NCBI RefSeq assembly: GCF_003477885.1
Contig: NZ_QUEE01000006.1
Coordinates: 111,628-175,627 of the forward strand
From: Lachnotalea sp. AF33-28
Lineage (GTDB): Bacteria > Bacillota > Clostridia > Lachnospirales > Lachnospiraceae
Direction of reading: 5' to 3'
Length of the DNA stretch: 64,000 nucleotides
The translations under genes were made by a program, and so were the position numbers. Positions within the stretch are counted from its first letter, which is position 1. The number at the start of each line of letters is the position of its first letter. The notes beneath the pieces are model-generated. The model was given only the letters and a program-made list of their open reading frames with translations. It was not told where the DNA came from and ran no database searches. Positions 46,455 to 57,143 of the stretch are shown here, one piece after another.

Positions 46455-49400
46455 ATGGCATTTACCCATTTACATGTTCATACGGAATACAGTCTGCTGG
46501 ACGGTTCCAGCAAGATAGAGGAGCTGGTGCACAGGGCCAAAGAGCTGGGGATGGACAGTATGGCCATCACCGACCACGGCGTCATGTACGGCGTGATCGA
46601 CTTCTACCGTGCCGCCAGAAAGGAAGGCATTAATCCGATCATCGGATGCGAGGTATATGTGGCCAACGGTTCCCGTTTTAACAAAGAGGCGGGACAGGGG
46701 GAGGACAGATACTACCATCTGGTGCTTCTGGCTGAAAACAATACCGGATACGCGAACCTGGTGAAGATCGTCTCCAAGGGTTTCGTGGAAGGCTTTTATT
46801 ATAAACCCAGAGTGGATTACGAGGTGCTCCGGGAGTATCATGAGGGAATCATCGCCTTAAGCGCCTGCCTGGCCGGCGAGGTTCAGCGCTACCTTGCCAG
46901 GGGCTTCTATGAAGAGGGCAAAAAGGCCGCCCTGCGCTATCAGGAGATATTCGGCAGGGACAACTTTTTCCTGGAAATCCAGGATCACGGCATACCGGAT
47001 CAGAAGACGGTCAACGCTGCGCAGCTCCGGCTGTCCAAAGAGCTGGGCATTGATCTGGTAGCCACCAACGATATCCACTATATCTATGCGCAGGACGCCG
47101 AACCCCACGATATCCTCCTATGCCTGCAGACCGGCAAGAAGCTTTCGGACGAGAACCGCATGCGCTACGAGGGCGGGCAGTACTACTGCAAGTCGGAGGA
47201 AGAGATGCGGGAGGTATTTCCCTATGCGCCCGAGGCCATCGAGAATACCCATAAGATCGCAGAGCGCTGCCATGTGGAAATCGAGTTCGGCGTTACGAAA
47301 CTGCCGAAATTTGACGTGCCCGAAGGCTTTACCTCCTGGGAATATCTCAACAGGATGTGTGAGGAAGGTTTTGAAAAAAGATATCCGCAGGATGACGGGA
47401 CACTGCGTGAACGCATGAATTACGAGCTGGACGTCATCCATACCATGGGCTATGTGGATTATTTCCTGATCGTTTCGGACTTTATCAAATATGCCAAATC
47501 AAAAGATATCATGGTCGGCCCTGGCCGCGGTTCGGCCGCCGGCAGCATCGTGTCCTACTGCTTGGAAATCACCGATATCGATCCGGTGAAATACAGCCTG
47601 CTGTTTGAGCGGTTTTTAAACCCGGAACGCGTGTCCATGCCGGATATCGATATAGATTTCTGCTTCGAACGGCGGCAGGAGGTCATTGATTACGTGGTGG
47701 AGAAATACGGCAAGGACCGGGTGGTTCAGATCGTCACCTTCGGTACGATGGCCGCCAAGGGCGTGATCCGGGATGTGGGACGGGTCATGGACCTGCCTTA
47801 TTCCCTCTGCGATTCCATCGCCAAGATGATTCCCGCAGAGCTCAATATCACGATCGAAAAGGCGCTGAAGACCAACCGGGAATTAAAGAGCCTGTACGAG
47901 ACGGATGAGACGGTAAAAACGCTGATCGATACTTCACTGCGCCTGGAGGGCCTTCCCAGGCATACCTCCATGCACGCGGCGGGTGTTGTGATCAGCCAGA
48001 AGCCGGTGGAGGAGTATGTGCCTTTATCCAGAGCACAGGACGGCACGATCACCACCCAGTTCACGATGACCACGCTGGAAGAGCTGGGTCTGCTCAAGAT
48101 GGATTTTCTGGGACTGCGCACCCTGACTGTAATCCAAAATGCCGTGAAACTTGTGAACCGACAGGGGATCGGTTTTAAACTGGAGGATGTGGACTACAGC
48201 GATAAAGCGGTGCTGGCCAGCATCAGCACCGGCAGGAACGACGGTGTGTTTCAGCTGGAAAGCTCCGGGATGAAGAGCTTTATGAAAGAGCTCAAGCCGG
48301 AGAGCCTGGAAGACATCATCGCCGGCATCTCCCTTTACCGTCCGGGCCCCATGGATTTCATACCGAAATATCTGAAAGGCAAGAATAATCCGGAATCCAT
48401 CACCTATCACTGCCCGCAGCTGGAGCCGATCCTTAGCCCGACCTATGGCTGTATCGTCTATCAGGAGCAGGTAATGCAGATTGTGCGGGATCTGGGCGGC
48501 TATACACTGGGACGAAGCGACCTGGTGCGGCGCGCTATGAGCAAGAAAAAAGGCGATGTGATGGAGCGGGAACGCAAGAACTTCATCTACGGCAATCCCG
48601 AAGAGAATGTGAAGGGCTGTATCAATAACGGAATACCGGAGGAGATCGCCAGCATCATCTATGACGAGATGATTGATTTTGCGAAATACGCCTTTAACAA
48701 ATCCCACGCGGCAGCTTACGCCGTGGTATCCTACCAGACCGCTTATCTGAAATACTATTATCCGGTGGAATTTATGGCTGCGCTGATGACCTCGGTCATC
48801 GACAACAGCGCCAAGGTTTCGGAGTATATACTGACCTGCAAGCAGATGGGCATCGATATCCTGCCTCCGGACATCAACGATGGAGAATGGGATTTCTCCG
48901 TTTCCGGCGGTAAAATCCGCTATGGGCTGTCGGCGATTAAAAGCGTGCGCCGCAACATCATAGATACTGTGGTGGAAGAGCGGAATCAGGGAGGGCCTTT
49001 TACCAGCCTGCGGGATTTCATATACCGCCTGACAGCCAGAGAGGTGAACAAGAGGACGGTGGAAAGCTTCATCAAATCAGGCGCGCTGGACAGTCTGCCG
49101 GGCACCAGACAGCAGAAGCTGCTCATATATGCGGATCTTCTGGAGCAGAAGACCCAGGAAAAGAAATCCTCTGTGGAGGGCCAAATGAGCCTGTTCGACC
49201 TCATGGGCGAAGAGTCCAAAGAGTACGATATCAAATTCCCGGATGTGGGCGAGTTTCCCAGGGAGGTGCTGCTGGCCTTTGAAAAAGAGGTGCTGGGCAT
49301 CTACATCAGCGGACATCCGCTGGAGGATGACGCGGCGCTGTGGAAGAAAAATATTACGGCCAAAACCTCTGATTTCTATGTAAACGAGGAGGAGGGCATT

Positions 49401-49922
49401 GCTTCCGGCCTGACGGACGGCAGAAAATATGTGGTGGGCGGCATGATCAATGCGATCAGTGTCAAGACTACCAAACAGAACCGAATGATGGCATTTCTCA
49501 CGCTGGAGGATCTGGTGGGCAATATGGAGGTCATGCTCTTTCCGAGAGAGTATGAGACATACAGGCCTTTGCTTATAGAGGACAGCAAGGTGTTCATTTC
49601 CGGCAGAGCGGATTTCAGCAACGAAGAGGCGGGCAAGCTGATCTGTGAAAAAATCATACCGTTTGCCGATGCCCCGAAGGAGCTGTGGATTCAGTTCGAC
49701 GACAAAGAAGCCTTTGACAGAAACCAGAACAGATTAAGCCGGCTGATACAGGATTCCGACGGACGGGATCCCGTTGTGATCTACCTTAGCAGAGAACATG
49801 CGGTCAAACGGATGCCGCCTTCTTACAGCGTACTGATACAGCCGCAGCTGCTTGAAATGTTGAATAAAAACTTTGGTGAAAAAAATGTCAAAGTTGTAGC
49901 AAAGAGTATTGAAAACTTTTAG
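46455..49922 (+). CDS. dnaE: DNA polymerase III alpha subunit
   Basis: PHP domain N-terminus MAFTHLHVHTEYSLLDG; polymerase core; about 1155 aa. Confidence 0.95.
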   Translation: MAFTHLHVHTEYSLLDGSSKIEELVHRAKELGMDSMAITDHGVMYGVIDFYRAARKEGINPIIGCEVYVANGSRFNKEAGQGEDRYYHLVLLAENNTGYANLVKIVSKGFVEGFYYKPRVDYEVLREYHEGIIALSACLAGEVQRYLARGFYEEGKKAALRYQEIFGRDNFFLEIQDHGIPDQKTVNAAQLRLSKELGIDLVATNDIHYIYAQDAEPHDILLCLQTGKKLSDENRMRYEGGQYYCKSEEEMREVFPYAPEAIENTHKIAERCHVEIEFGVTKLPKFDVPEGFTSWEYLNRMCEEGFEKRYPQDDGTLRERMNYELDVIHTMGYVDYFLIVSDFIKYAKSKDIMVGPGRGSAAGSIVSYCLEITDIDPVKYSLLFERFLNPERVSMPDIDIDFCFERRQEVIDYVVEKYGKDRVVQIVTFGTMAAKGVIRDVGRVMDLPYSLCDSIAKMIPAELNITIEKALKTNRELKSLYETDETVKTLIDTSLRLEGLPRHTSMHAAGVVISQKPVEEYVPLSRAQDGTITTQFTMTTLEELGLLKMDFLGLRTLTVIQNAVKLVNRQGIGFKLEDVDYSDKAVLASISTGRNDGVFQLESSGMKSFMKELKPESLEDIIAGISLYRPGPMDFIPKYLKGKNNPESITYHCPQLEPILSPTYGCIVYQEQVMQIVRDLGGYTLGRSDLVRRAMSKKKGDVMERERKNFIYGNPEENVKGCINNGIPEEIASIIYDEMIDFAKYAFNKSHAAAYAVVSYQTAYLKYYYPVEFMAALMTSVIDNSAKVSEYILTCKQMGIDILPPDINDGEWDFSVSGGKIRYGLSAIKSVRRNIIDTVVEERNQGGPFTSLRDFIYRLTAREVNKRTVESFIKSGALDSLPGTRQQKLLIYADLLEQKTQEKKSSVEGQMSLFDLMGEESKEYDIKFPDVGEFPREVLLAFEKEVLGIYISGHPLEDDAALWKKNITAKTSDFYVNEEEGIASGLTDGRKYVVGGMINAISVKTTKQNRMMAFLTLEDLVGNMEVMLFPREYETYRPLLIEDSKVFISGRADFSNEEAGKLICEKIIPFADAPKELWIQFDDKEAFDRNQNRLSRLIQDSDGRDPVVIYLSREHAVKRMPPSYSVLIQPQLLEMLNKNFGEKNVKVVAKSIENF

Positions 49923-49975
49923 GATATCGATTAGAATAGGGAATGTGGCTTGAATCAGTTGGAGGAGTGACGAAT

Positions 49976-50950
49976 ATGGCAAAAGAGGTAAAAACCATCG
50001 GTGTGCTGACAAGCGGCGGAGATGCGCCGGGCATGAATGCGGCGATCCGTGCGGTTGTGAGAACAGCACTTTTTAACGGTCTGAAGGTAAAGGGAATTAT
50101 GCGCGGCTATGCCGGTTTGCTCAATGAAGAAATTATTGATATGTGTTCCACCAGCGTATCAGATATCATCAACCGCGGCGGTACCATCCTGTACACGGCC
50201 AGATGCCAGGAATTTACCACGGCAGAAGGGCAGAAGCTGGGCGCGGAAATCTGTAAAAAGCATAATATAGACGGGCTGGTGGTGATCGGCGGTGATGGCT
50301 CTTTCAGAGGGGCGCAGAAGCTGGCCGCACTGGGTATCAATACCATCGGACTTCCCGGCACCATCGATCTGGATATCGCATGTACGGACTATACGATCGG
50401 TTTTGATACGGCTGTGAACACGGCCATGGAGGCCATCGATAAGGTGCGCGATACCTCCACTTCCCATGAGAGATGCAGCATTATTGAGGTGATGGGCAGA
50501 AACGCCGGCTACATCGCGCTCTGGTGCGGCATTGCCAACGGTGCGGAAGATGTGCTGCTTCCCGAGCGGTATGACAATGATGAGCAGGCGCTGATCAATA
50601 AGATCATAGAAAACCGCAAGCGCGGCAAGAAGCACCATATCATCATCAATGCCGAGGGCATAGGCCATTCGGCCAGTATGGCCAGAAGGATTGAAGCCGC
50701 CACAGGAATTGAAACCAGAGCAACAATTTTGGGCCACATGCAGAGAGGCGGTACACCTACCTGCAAAGACCGCGTATACGCATCCATCATGGGCGCCAAG
50801 GCGGTGGAGCTTTTGCTGGCAGGCAAGAGCAAACGCGTGGTCGGTTATAAACACGGGGAATATGTGGATTTTGATATCGATGAAGCGCTGGCTATGGTGA
50901 AGGACATACCGGAAGACCAGTACGAAATTTGCAGACACCTTGTGAGATAA
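49976..50950 (+). CDS. pfkA: ATP-dependent 6-phosphofructokinase
   Basis: IGVLTSGGDAPGMNAAIRAVV, GGDGS, MGR motifs. Confidence 0.95.
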   Translation: MAKEVKTIGVLTSGGDAPGMNAAIRAVVRTALFNGLKVKGIMRGYAGLLNEEIIDMCSTSVSDIINRGGTILYTARCQEFTTAEGQKLGAEICKKHNIDGLVVIGGDGSFRGAQKLAALGINTIGLPGTIDLDIACTDYTIGFDTAVNTAMEAIDKVRDTSTSHERCSIIEVMGRNAGYIALWCGIANGAEDVLLPERYDNDEQALINKIIENRKRGKKHHIIINAEGIGHSASMARRIEAATGIETRATILGHMQRGGTPTCKDRVYASIMGAKAVELLLAGKSKRVVGYKHGEYVDFDIDEALAMVKDIPEDQYEICRHLVR

Positions 50951-50978
50951 ACAGCGAATCAGAGCGAATACTTTATAT

Positions 50979-51070
50979 GTGGGGACAGACTCCATGGGGC
51001 ATAAAACGGCAGTACGTTTTGTCCGCCCGCGGAGGACTGTCCCCGCGTCGGATTATATATTGATTTTTTT
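50979..51070 (+). terminator. Long stem-loop plus T-tract terminator after pfkA
   Basis: ggggacagactcc ... ggaggactgtcccc enclosing an inner hairpin, followed by a TTTTTTT run. Confidence 0.5.
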
Positions 51071-51088
51071 GTAATAACTCACTATAAT
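51060..51088 (+). promoter_or_regulatory. Putative sigma-A promoter of relA/spoT (TTGATT-17-TATAAT)
   Basis: TTGATT at 51060-51065, 17-nt spacer, TATAAT at 51083-51088. Confidence 0.45.
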
Positions 51089-51142
51089 GTTAATTACATA
51101 CATTGTGAAGAGAACCGTAATCAGAGAACAGGTGGGAAAAGC

Positions 51143-53434
51143 ATGCCGGACAGCAAATATGATTTTAGTAAAGAAGAATTAAATATCGGCGAGACATCAC
51201 CGGATAAACCGGCGGATTTTTCTGACCCGGACGATCTGTTTGATTTACTGATAGAAAAAATCAGGAAGTATCATCCGTCCGACGACACCACGATGATCAG
51301 CAAAGCCTACGAGGTGGCCAGAAACGCGCATGCAGGCCAACTGCGAAAGTCAGGCGAGCCCTATATCATCCATCCGCTGTGCGTGGCGATCATACTGGCG
51401 GATCTGGAGCTGGATAAGGAGAGCATCATCGCCGCTATCCTCCATGATGTGGTGGAGGACACCGTGATGACCAATGAGGAAATCACCGCGGAGTTCGGCG
51501 AAGAGGTGGCCAACCTCGTGGACGGCGTTACCAAGCTGACGAGGCTGTCCTGGTCGGCGGATAAGGTGGAGATCCAGGCGGAAAATCTTCGGAAGATGTT
51601 TCTGGCCATGGCCAAGGATATCCGTGTGATCATCATCAAACTGGCGGACCGGCTTCACAATATGCGCACCCTGCAGTATATGAGGCCCGAGAAGCAGAAG
51701 GAAATCGCCAAGGAAACGATGGAGATTTACGCCCCCATCGCCCAGCGCCTGGGCATTTCCAAGATCAAGATCGAGCTGGATGACCTTTCCCTGAAATATT
51801 TAAAGCCGGACGTATACTACGACCTCAAGCAGAATATCGCGCTGCGAAAAACTGCCAGGGAAGCTTTTGTCCAGCAGATTGTGGACGAGGTGTCCTCCCA
51901 TATCAGCGAAGCTGGTATCAAGGCGGAAGTGAGCGGAAGGGTGAAGCACTTCTTCAGCATCTATAAGAAGATGGTCAACCAGGATAAGACCCTGGATCAA
52001 ATTTATGATCTGTTTGCGATCCGCATCATTGTGGACACGGTGAAGGACTGCTACGCGGCCCTGGGGGTGATCCATGAGATGTATAAGCCGATTCCGGGGC
52101 GGTTTAAAGACTATATCGCGATGCCCAAACCCAATATGTATCAGTCCCTGCATACAACGCTGATCGGCAGCAACGGCCAGCCTTTCGAGGTGCAGATCCG
52201 TACCTATGACATGCACCGCACGGCGGAATACGGCATCGCAGCCCACTGGAAATACAAAGAGGGCGCCAACGGACAGAAGGTCCCGGAAAGCGAAGCGGAA
52301 AAGATGAGCTGGCTGCGCCAGATCTTGGAATGGCAGCGGGATATGGATAACAAGGAATTCATGAATTCCCTGAAGAACGACCTGGACCTGTTTTCGGACA
52401 GCGTTTACTGCTTCACTCCTACAGGTGATGTGAAGAACCTGCCGAGAGGTTCAACACCGGTGGACTTCGCCTACAGCATTCACAGCGCGGTGGGCAACAA
52501 GATGGTGGGCGCCCGTGTGAACGGCAAACTGGTTCCCATCGATTACGTGATACAAAACGGTGACCGGGTGGAGATCATCACCTCCCAGAATTCCAAGGGC
52601 CCCAGCCGCGACTGGCTGATGACGGTGAAGAGCTCCCAGGCGAGAAATAAAATCAATCAGTGGTTTAAGAGCCAGTCCAAAGAGGACAATATCTTAAAGG
52701 GCAAAGAGCTGATCGATAAGTACTGCAAAACAAAGGGGATCGTATTCAGCGATCTCTCCAAACCGGAGTTTATGGATAAGGTACTGCGCAAATACGGCTT
52801 CAGGGACTGGGATGCGGTGCTGGCGGCCATCGGCCACGGCGGCATGAAGGAAGGCCAGGTCATCAACAAGCTCCTTGAGGAGTATGAAAAGAAGCACAAG
52901 AAGGAGATCACCGATGAGGCAGTGCTGGAAGCTGCTTCCGACGGCAAAGAAAAGGTGACCGTACAGAAATCCAACGGCGGCATTGTGGTCAAAGGCATAC
53001 ACGATCTGGCCGTGCGATTTTCCAAATGCTGCAGCCCTGTGCCCGGCGATGAGATCGTGGGATTTGTCACCCGGGGAAGAGGCATTTCCATTCACCGTAC
53101 GGACTGCGTGAATGTGATGAACCTGCCTGAGATAGAGCGGGCCAGGCTGATTGACGCCGAGTGGCAGGTGCCGGAAAATAAAGTGGCGGATGAAAAATAC
53201 TCCACTGAAATTAAGATATATGCCAATAACCGCATCGGTATCTTCGTGGATATTTCCAAGATATTTACCGAGCGGCAGATCGATATCACTTCCATGAATG
53301 TCAGGACCAGCAAACAGGGGTTAGCCACCATCACCATGACCTTTGATATCAGAGATAAAGAGGAGCTGGGGCGTCTGGTTGAAAAGCTGCGCCAGGTGGA
53401 GAGCGTGCTGGACATTGAAAGGACCAGGGGCTGA
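51143..53434 (+). CDS. relA: Bifunctional (p)ppGpp synthetase/hydrolase RelA/SpoT (Rel)
   Basis: HD hydrolase (HDVVED), synthetase domain (RIKHFFSIYKKM...), TGS and ACT domains. 763 aa. Confidence 0.95.
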   Translation: MPDSKYDFSKEELNIGETSPDKPADFSDPDDLFDLLIEKIRKYHPSDDTTMISKAYEVARNAHAGQLRKSGEPYIIHPLCVAIILADLELDKESIIAAILHDVVEDTVMTNEEITAEFGEEVANLVDGVTKLTRLSWSADKVEIQAENLRKMFLAMAKDIRVIIIKLADRLHNMRTLQYMRPEKQKEIAKETMEIYAPIAQRLGISKIKIELDDLSLKYLKPDVYYDLKQNIALRKTAREAFVQQIVDEVSSHISEAGIKAEVSGRVKHFFSIYKKMVNQDKTLDQIYDLFAIRIIVDTVKDCYAALGVIHEMYKPIPGRFKDYIAMPKPNMYQSLHTTLIGSNGQPFEVQIRTYDMHRTAEYGIAAHWKYKEGANGQKVPESEAEKMSWLRQILEWQRDMDNKEFMNSLKNDLDLFSDSVYCFTPTGDVKNLPRGSTPVDFAYSIHSAVGNKMVGARVNGKLVPIDYVIQNGDRVEIITSQNSKGPSRDWLMTVKSSQARNKINQWFKSQSKEDNILKGKELIDKYCKTKGIVFSDLSKPEFMDKVLRKYGFRDWDAVLAAIGHGGMKEGQVINKLLEEYEKKHKKEITDEAVLEAASDGKEKVTVQKSNGGIVVKGIHDLAVRFSKCCSPVPGDEIVGFVTRGRGISIHRTDCVNVMNLPEIERARLIDAEWQVPENKVADEKYSTEIKIYANNRIGIFVDISKIFTERQIDITSMNVRTSKQGLATITMTFDIRDKEELGRLVEKLRQVESVLDIERTRG

Positions 53435-53470
53435 CGGCCGGGAGTGTGAACGCTGCAGGAGGGATTCCGG

Positions 53471-54112
53471 ATGATGAAGATGGAGATAACGGGTTGTACC
53501 GTTGGAGAGATTGGAACGAATTGCTACCTGGCCGTCAACAGGGACACGAAAGAAGCTCTGATTGTGGATCCCGGGGACAATGCCATGCTGATCATGACCA
53601 GATGCGGGGAGCTGGGGATTAAGCCATCAGCGATCCTGCTGACCCATGGGCATTTTGACCATGTGCTGGCCGTACCCGAGCTGCGTCAGGCGCTGAAGCT
53701 TCCGGTCTACATGATGGAAGAGGAACAGAATGTGCTGGGGGATGCCAGTATGAATCTGTCTGCGATCATGGCCTCGTCGCCCATACGTCTGAAAGCTGAT
53801 CATCTGCTGAAGGACGGGGATCAGATTGAACTCGCGGGCTTTTGCTTCCGGGTGATTCATACGCCCGGCCATACGGTGGGGAGCTGCTGTTATTACGAAG
53901 AGGAAGAGCAGGTGCTGTTTTCCGGCGATACGCTGTTTGAAGGTTCCTATGGAAGAACCGATTTCCCTACAGGAAGCATATCTGAGCTGATCCGTTCCAT
54001 CCAGGACAAGCTTCTGATCCTGCCGGATGAGGTGAAGGTATATCCCGGTCATATGGGGGATACCACGATCGCTGTGGAAAAACGTTATAATCCGGCGGCG
54101 GCCCGTTTTTGA
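53471..54112 (+). CDS. MBL-fold metallo-hydrolase
   Basis: THGHFDHV metallo-beta-lactamase motif; 213 aa. Confidence 0.8.
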   Translation: MMKMEITGCTVGEIGTNCYLAVNRDTKEALIVDPGDNAMLIMTRCGELGIKPSAILLTHGHFDHVLAVPELRQALKLPVYMMEEEQNVLGDASMNLSAIMASSPIRLKADHLLKDGDQIELAGFCFRVIHTPGHTVGSCCYYEEEEQVLFSGDTLFEGSYGRTDFPTGSISELIRSIQDKLLILPDEVKVYPGHMGDTTIAVEKRYNPAAARF

Positions 54113-54127
54113 TGAGGTATATGTATG

Positions 54128-54156
54128 AGGGTGCTTGAAGCACCCTTATTTATATC
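54128..54156 (+). terminator. Rho-independent terminator after the MBL hydrolase gene
   Basis: gagggtgc ttgaa gcaccctt followed by ATTTATAT. Confidence 0.55.
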
Positions 54157-54272
54157 ATAGAAAATTATATAATAGGAAATCACAGCCTATGAAATAAAAA
54201 ACGTTCCGGATGAATACTGCGTATCCGGCCGTTAAGATGGCGCATTAACGCAGGCGCAGACAGGTTTAGAGC

Positions 54273-55721
54273 ATGATACGGTTAATATTAAATGACACCA
54301 GTTTTGAATATGATATCCGGGGGCTTTTGATGGCATTTTATCCCGGAGAGGAGATCACGGTTAAAGAAGAGCCGGCGGATCGGATTGTGGAGGCGGATCT
54401 GACAGAAAGCGGCCAGCGCATCACTGTCTCTTATTCCGACAACAGCCGGGATAAGACGGAGCAGTATGCCTCCGGCGTGCCGGCAGAGCGCCAGCAGCAG
54501 AAAAATCAGCTGAAGAGGCTGCTATATGAGGCGCTGTCCAAGGATACCGGCCGGCAGCTTCCCTGGGGCACTCTGACCGGCATAAGGCCCACCAAGATCC
54601 CCATGGGTCTTCTGGAACAGGGCGCGAGAGAAGAGGAGACCGCACGGTATATGCAGGAAACCTATCTGACCGGGCCGGAGAAAACAGCGTTAAGCATTGA
54701 GATCGCAAAGCGGGAAATGGGGCTGCTGAAACAGCTGGATTATGAAAACGGCTACAGCCTGTATGTGGGAATTCCGTTCTGCCCTACCACCTGCCTGTAC
54801 TGTTCTTTCACCTCCAACCCGGCGGGCGCCTGGATGCCGCGGATGGAGGAATATCTGGAGGCGGTATTTCAGGAAATCGACTATGTGAAAGAGGCTTTCC
54901 GCGATAAGAAACTGAATACGGTCTATATCGGCGGGGGCACGCCGACCACGCTGACCGCCGGACAGCTGGACAGGCTGCTGGGCAGAATTGAAGAGAGCTT
55001 TTCCCTGGAACATCTGCTGGAGTTTACGGTGGAAGCGGGGAGACCCGACAGCATAACCGCAGAAAAGCTGGAGGCGGTCCGCCGGCACAGAGTCAGCAGG
55101 ATATCCATCAATCCGCAGACCATGAAGCAGGAGACGCTTAAGATCATCGGCCGGCACCATACCGTAGAGGATATCGTCGATGTATTCCATATGGCCAGAG
55201 CCATGGGCTTTGACAATATCAACATGGATCTGATCCTGGGGCTGCCCGGCGAGGGGACGGAGGATGTCCGGCGCACCATGGAGGAGCTGAAGAAGCTGAA
55301 GCCGGACAACATCACGGTTCATTCTCTGGCCATCAAGAGGGCATCGCGGCTGAATCTGCTCTGGGAACAGTATGAACATATGGATATGGTCAATAATCAG
55401 GAACAAATGAAGATTACCGAGAATGCGGCCAGAGAGCTGGGCATGTCCCCGTACTACCTGTACCGGCAGAAAAATATGGCCGGCAATCTTGAAAATGTGG
55501 GCTACGCGCTGCCGGGAAAGGCGGGCATATACAATATCCTGATCATGGAGGAGAAACAGTCCATAGTCGCTTTGGGCGCGGGCTCCATCACAAAGGCGGT
55601 TTATCCGGGCGGCCGTATCGAGCGCGCGGACAATGTGAAGGATGTGAATCAGTATCTGCAGAGGATTGACGAGATGATTGAGAGGAAGAGACGGCTGTTT
55701 GATGGAGAAAGGGCGCTCTGA
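54273..55721 (+). CDS. hemZ: Radical SAM coproporphyrinogen III oxidase-like protein (HemZ-type)
   Basis: CxxxCxxC radical SAM motif GIPFCPTTCLYCSF; ~480 aa with an N-terminal extension. Located upstream of hisS as in other Firmicutes. Confidence 0.6.
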   Translation: MIRLILNDTSFEYDIRGLLMAFYPGEEITVKEEPADRIVEADLTESGQRITVSYSDNSRDKTEQYASGVPAERQQQKNQLKRLLYEALSKDTGRQLPWGTLTGIRPTKIPMGLLEQGAREEETARYMQETYLTGPEKTALSIEIAKREMGLLKQLDYENGYSLYVGIPFCPTTCLYCSFTSNPAGAWMPRMEEYLEAVFQEIDYVKEAFRDKKLNTVYIGGGTPTTLTAGQLDRLLGRIEESFSLEHLLEFTVEAGRPDSITAEKLEAVRRHRVSRISINPQTMKQETLKIIGRHHTVEDIVDVFHMARAMGFDNINMDLILGLPGEGTEDVRRTMEELKKLKPDNITVHSLAIKRASRLNLLWEQYEHMDMVNNQEQMKITENAARELGMSPYYLYRQKNMAGNLENVGYALPGKAGIYNILIMEEKQSIVALGAGSITKAVYPGGRIERADNVKDVNQYLQRIDEMIERKRRLFDGERAL

Positions 55722-55754
55722 CACCGGCAAAAGAGTATAAAATAAAAAATGCAC

Positions 55755-55782
55755 TTGCAAAATCTGTGCGGTCTATTAAAAT
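55755..55782 (+). promoter_or_regulatory. Putative sigma-A promoter of hisS-aspS (TTGCAA-16-TAAAAT)
   Basis: TTGCAA at 55755-55760 and TAAAAT at 55777-55782. The leader is too short (~60 nt) for a T-box. Confidence 0.4.
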
Positions 55783-55840
55783 GTATATAGAATGTCACCG
55801 GCTGGGTGGCTGATCGCATTAAACTCTGGAGGAAATAAGA

Positions 55841-57094
55841 ATGGCATTAACGAAAAAGCCGGTTACCGGCATGAAGGATATCCTGCCTGCGGAAATGCAG
55901 ATCAGGGATTATGTCACCGGACTGATTAAGGAAACTTATAAGGGCTTCGGTTTTTCACCGATTGAGACCCCCTGTGTGGAGCATATTGGCAATCTGTGCA
56001 GCAAGCAGGGCGGAGATAATGAAAAGCTGATCTTTAAGATATTAAAGCGCGGCGAGAAGCTGAATCTGGATGCGGCGCAGGCGGAGGCCGATCTGGTGGA
56101 CAGCGGATTGAGATATGATTTGACCGTGCCGCTGTCCCGCTTTTATGCAAACCATGCCAATGAGCTGCCGTCCCCTTTTAAGGCACTGCAGATCGGCAGT
56201 GTGTGGCGCGCGGACAGGCCACAGAAGGGGAGGTTCCGCCAGTTCGTGCAGTGCGATATCGATATATTGGGGGATCCGACTTATCTGGCGGAAATCGAGC
56301 TGATCCAGGCTACGACCACGCTGCTTGGCAGGCTGGATTTTAAAAATTTTAAGATCAGGATCAACGAGCGCCGCATCTTAAAGGCGATGGCGGCCTACAG
56401 CGGTTTTGCGGAGGAGAACTTTGATCAGGTATTTATTATCCTGGATAAGATGGACAAGATCGGCCTGGACGGTGTGGAAAATGAACTGGTGGAATCCGGA
56501 TTTGCCAGGGAAAGTGTGGATAAATACCTGGATCTGTTCAGAAAACTGGAAAAGCAGGAAGACGGCATCGGCTTCTTAGGCGAAAAGCTGGCGGACTGTC
56601 TGCCGAAGGAGGTTTCCGACAGCCTGAAAAACATTATCCGGAGTGTGGAGGCCACAAAGGCGGCGGAATTTGAGATCTGCTTTGACCCGACCCTTGTCAG
56701 GGGAATGTCTTACTATACCGGCACGATCTTTGAGATAGAGATGGCGGAATTTAACAGCAGTGTGGGCGGCGGCGGCCGTTATGATGAGATGATCGGGAAA
56801 TTCACCGGCCTGAATACGCCGGCCTGCGGTTTTTCCATCGGTTTTGAGCGCATCATCACGATTCTCCTGGACCGGGGATTTGAGGTTCCGAAAAGCGCGC
56901 AGAAGAAAGCATATTTGATCGAGAAGGGAACCTCCGATGAAAAGCTCTGTGAGATATTGAAGGAGGCCCGCGCGGAGCGCGAAAACGGCAGCCAGGTGCT
57001 GATCGCGTGGATGAATAAAAATAAGAAGTTTCAGAAAGATAAGCTGACCCAGGAGGGCTGCACCGAGTTTAAGGAATTTTTTAACCGGGATTAA
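55841..57094 (+). CDS. hisS: Histidine--tRNA ligase
   Basis: MKDILPAEMQIRDY, class II aaRS motifs, 417 aa. Confidence 0.95.
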   Translation: MALTKKPVTGMKDILPAEMQIRDYVTGLIKETYKGFGFSPIETPCVEHIGNLCSKQGGDNEKLIFKILKRGEKLNLDAAQAEADLVDSGLRYDLTVPLSRFYANHANELPSPFKALQIGSVWRADRPQKGRFRQFVQCDIDILGDPTYLAEIELIQATTTLLGRLDFKNFKIRINERRILKAMAAYSGFAEENFDQVFIILDKMDKIGLDGVENELVESGFARESVDKYLDLFRKLEKQEDGIGFLGEKLADCLPKEVSDSLKNIIRSVEATKAAEFEICFDPTLVRGMSYYTGTIFEIEMAEFNSSVGGGGRYDEMIGKFTGLNTPACGFSIGFERIITILLDRGFEVPKSAQKKAYLIEKGTSDEKLCEILKEARAERENGSQVLIAWMNKNKKFQKDKLTQEGCTEFKEFFNRD

Positions 57095-57143
57095 AGCGGC
57101 AGATGGGATAGACGGAACAAAAAATTACCAGGAGGAACAGATT

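Noticed and set aside
48024-48707. 227-aa minus-strand ORF, and similar antisense ORFs at 50159..50995, 58230..58958 and 20731..21528
   Set aside because: All lie antisense within dnaE, pfkA, aspS and aldolase genes with strong homology on the opposite strand.
54690-55760. 356-aa minus-strand ORF
   Set aside because: Antisense to the radical SAM HemZ-like gene. Shadow ORF.
55722-55840. T-box riboswitch leader upstream of hisS/aspS
   Set aside because: The leader is only ~60-120 nt and lacks the AGGGTGGNACCGCG T-box motif and the specifier/antiterminator architecture.
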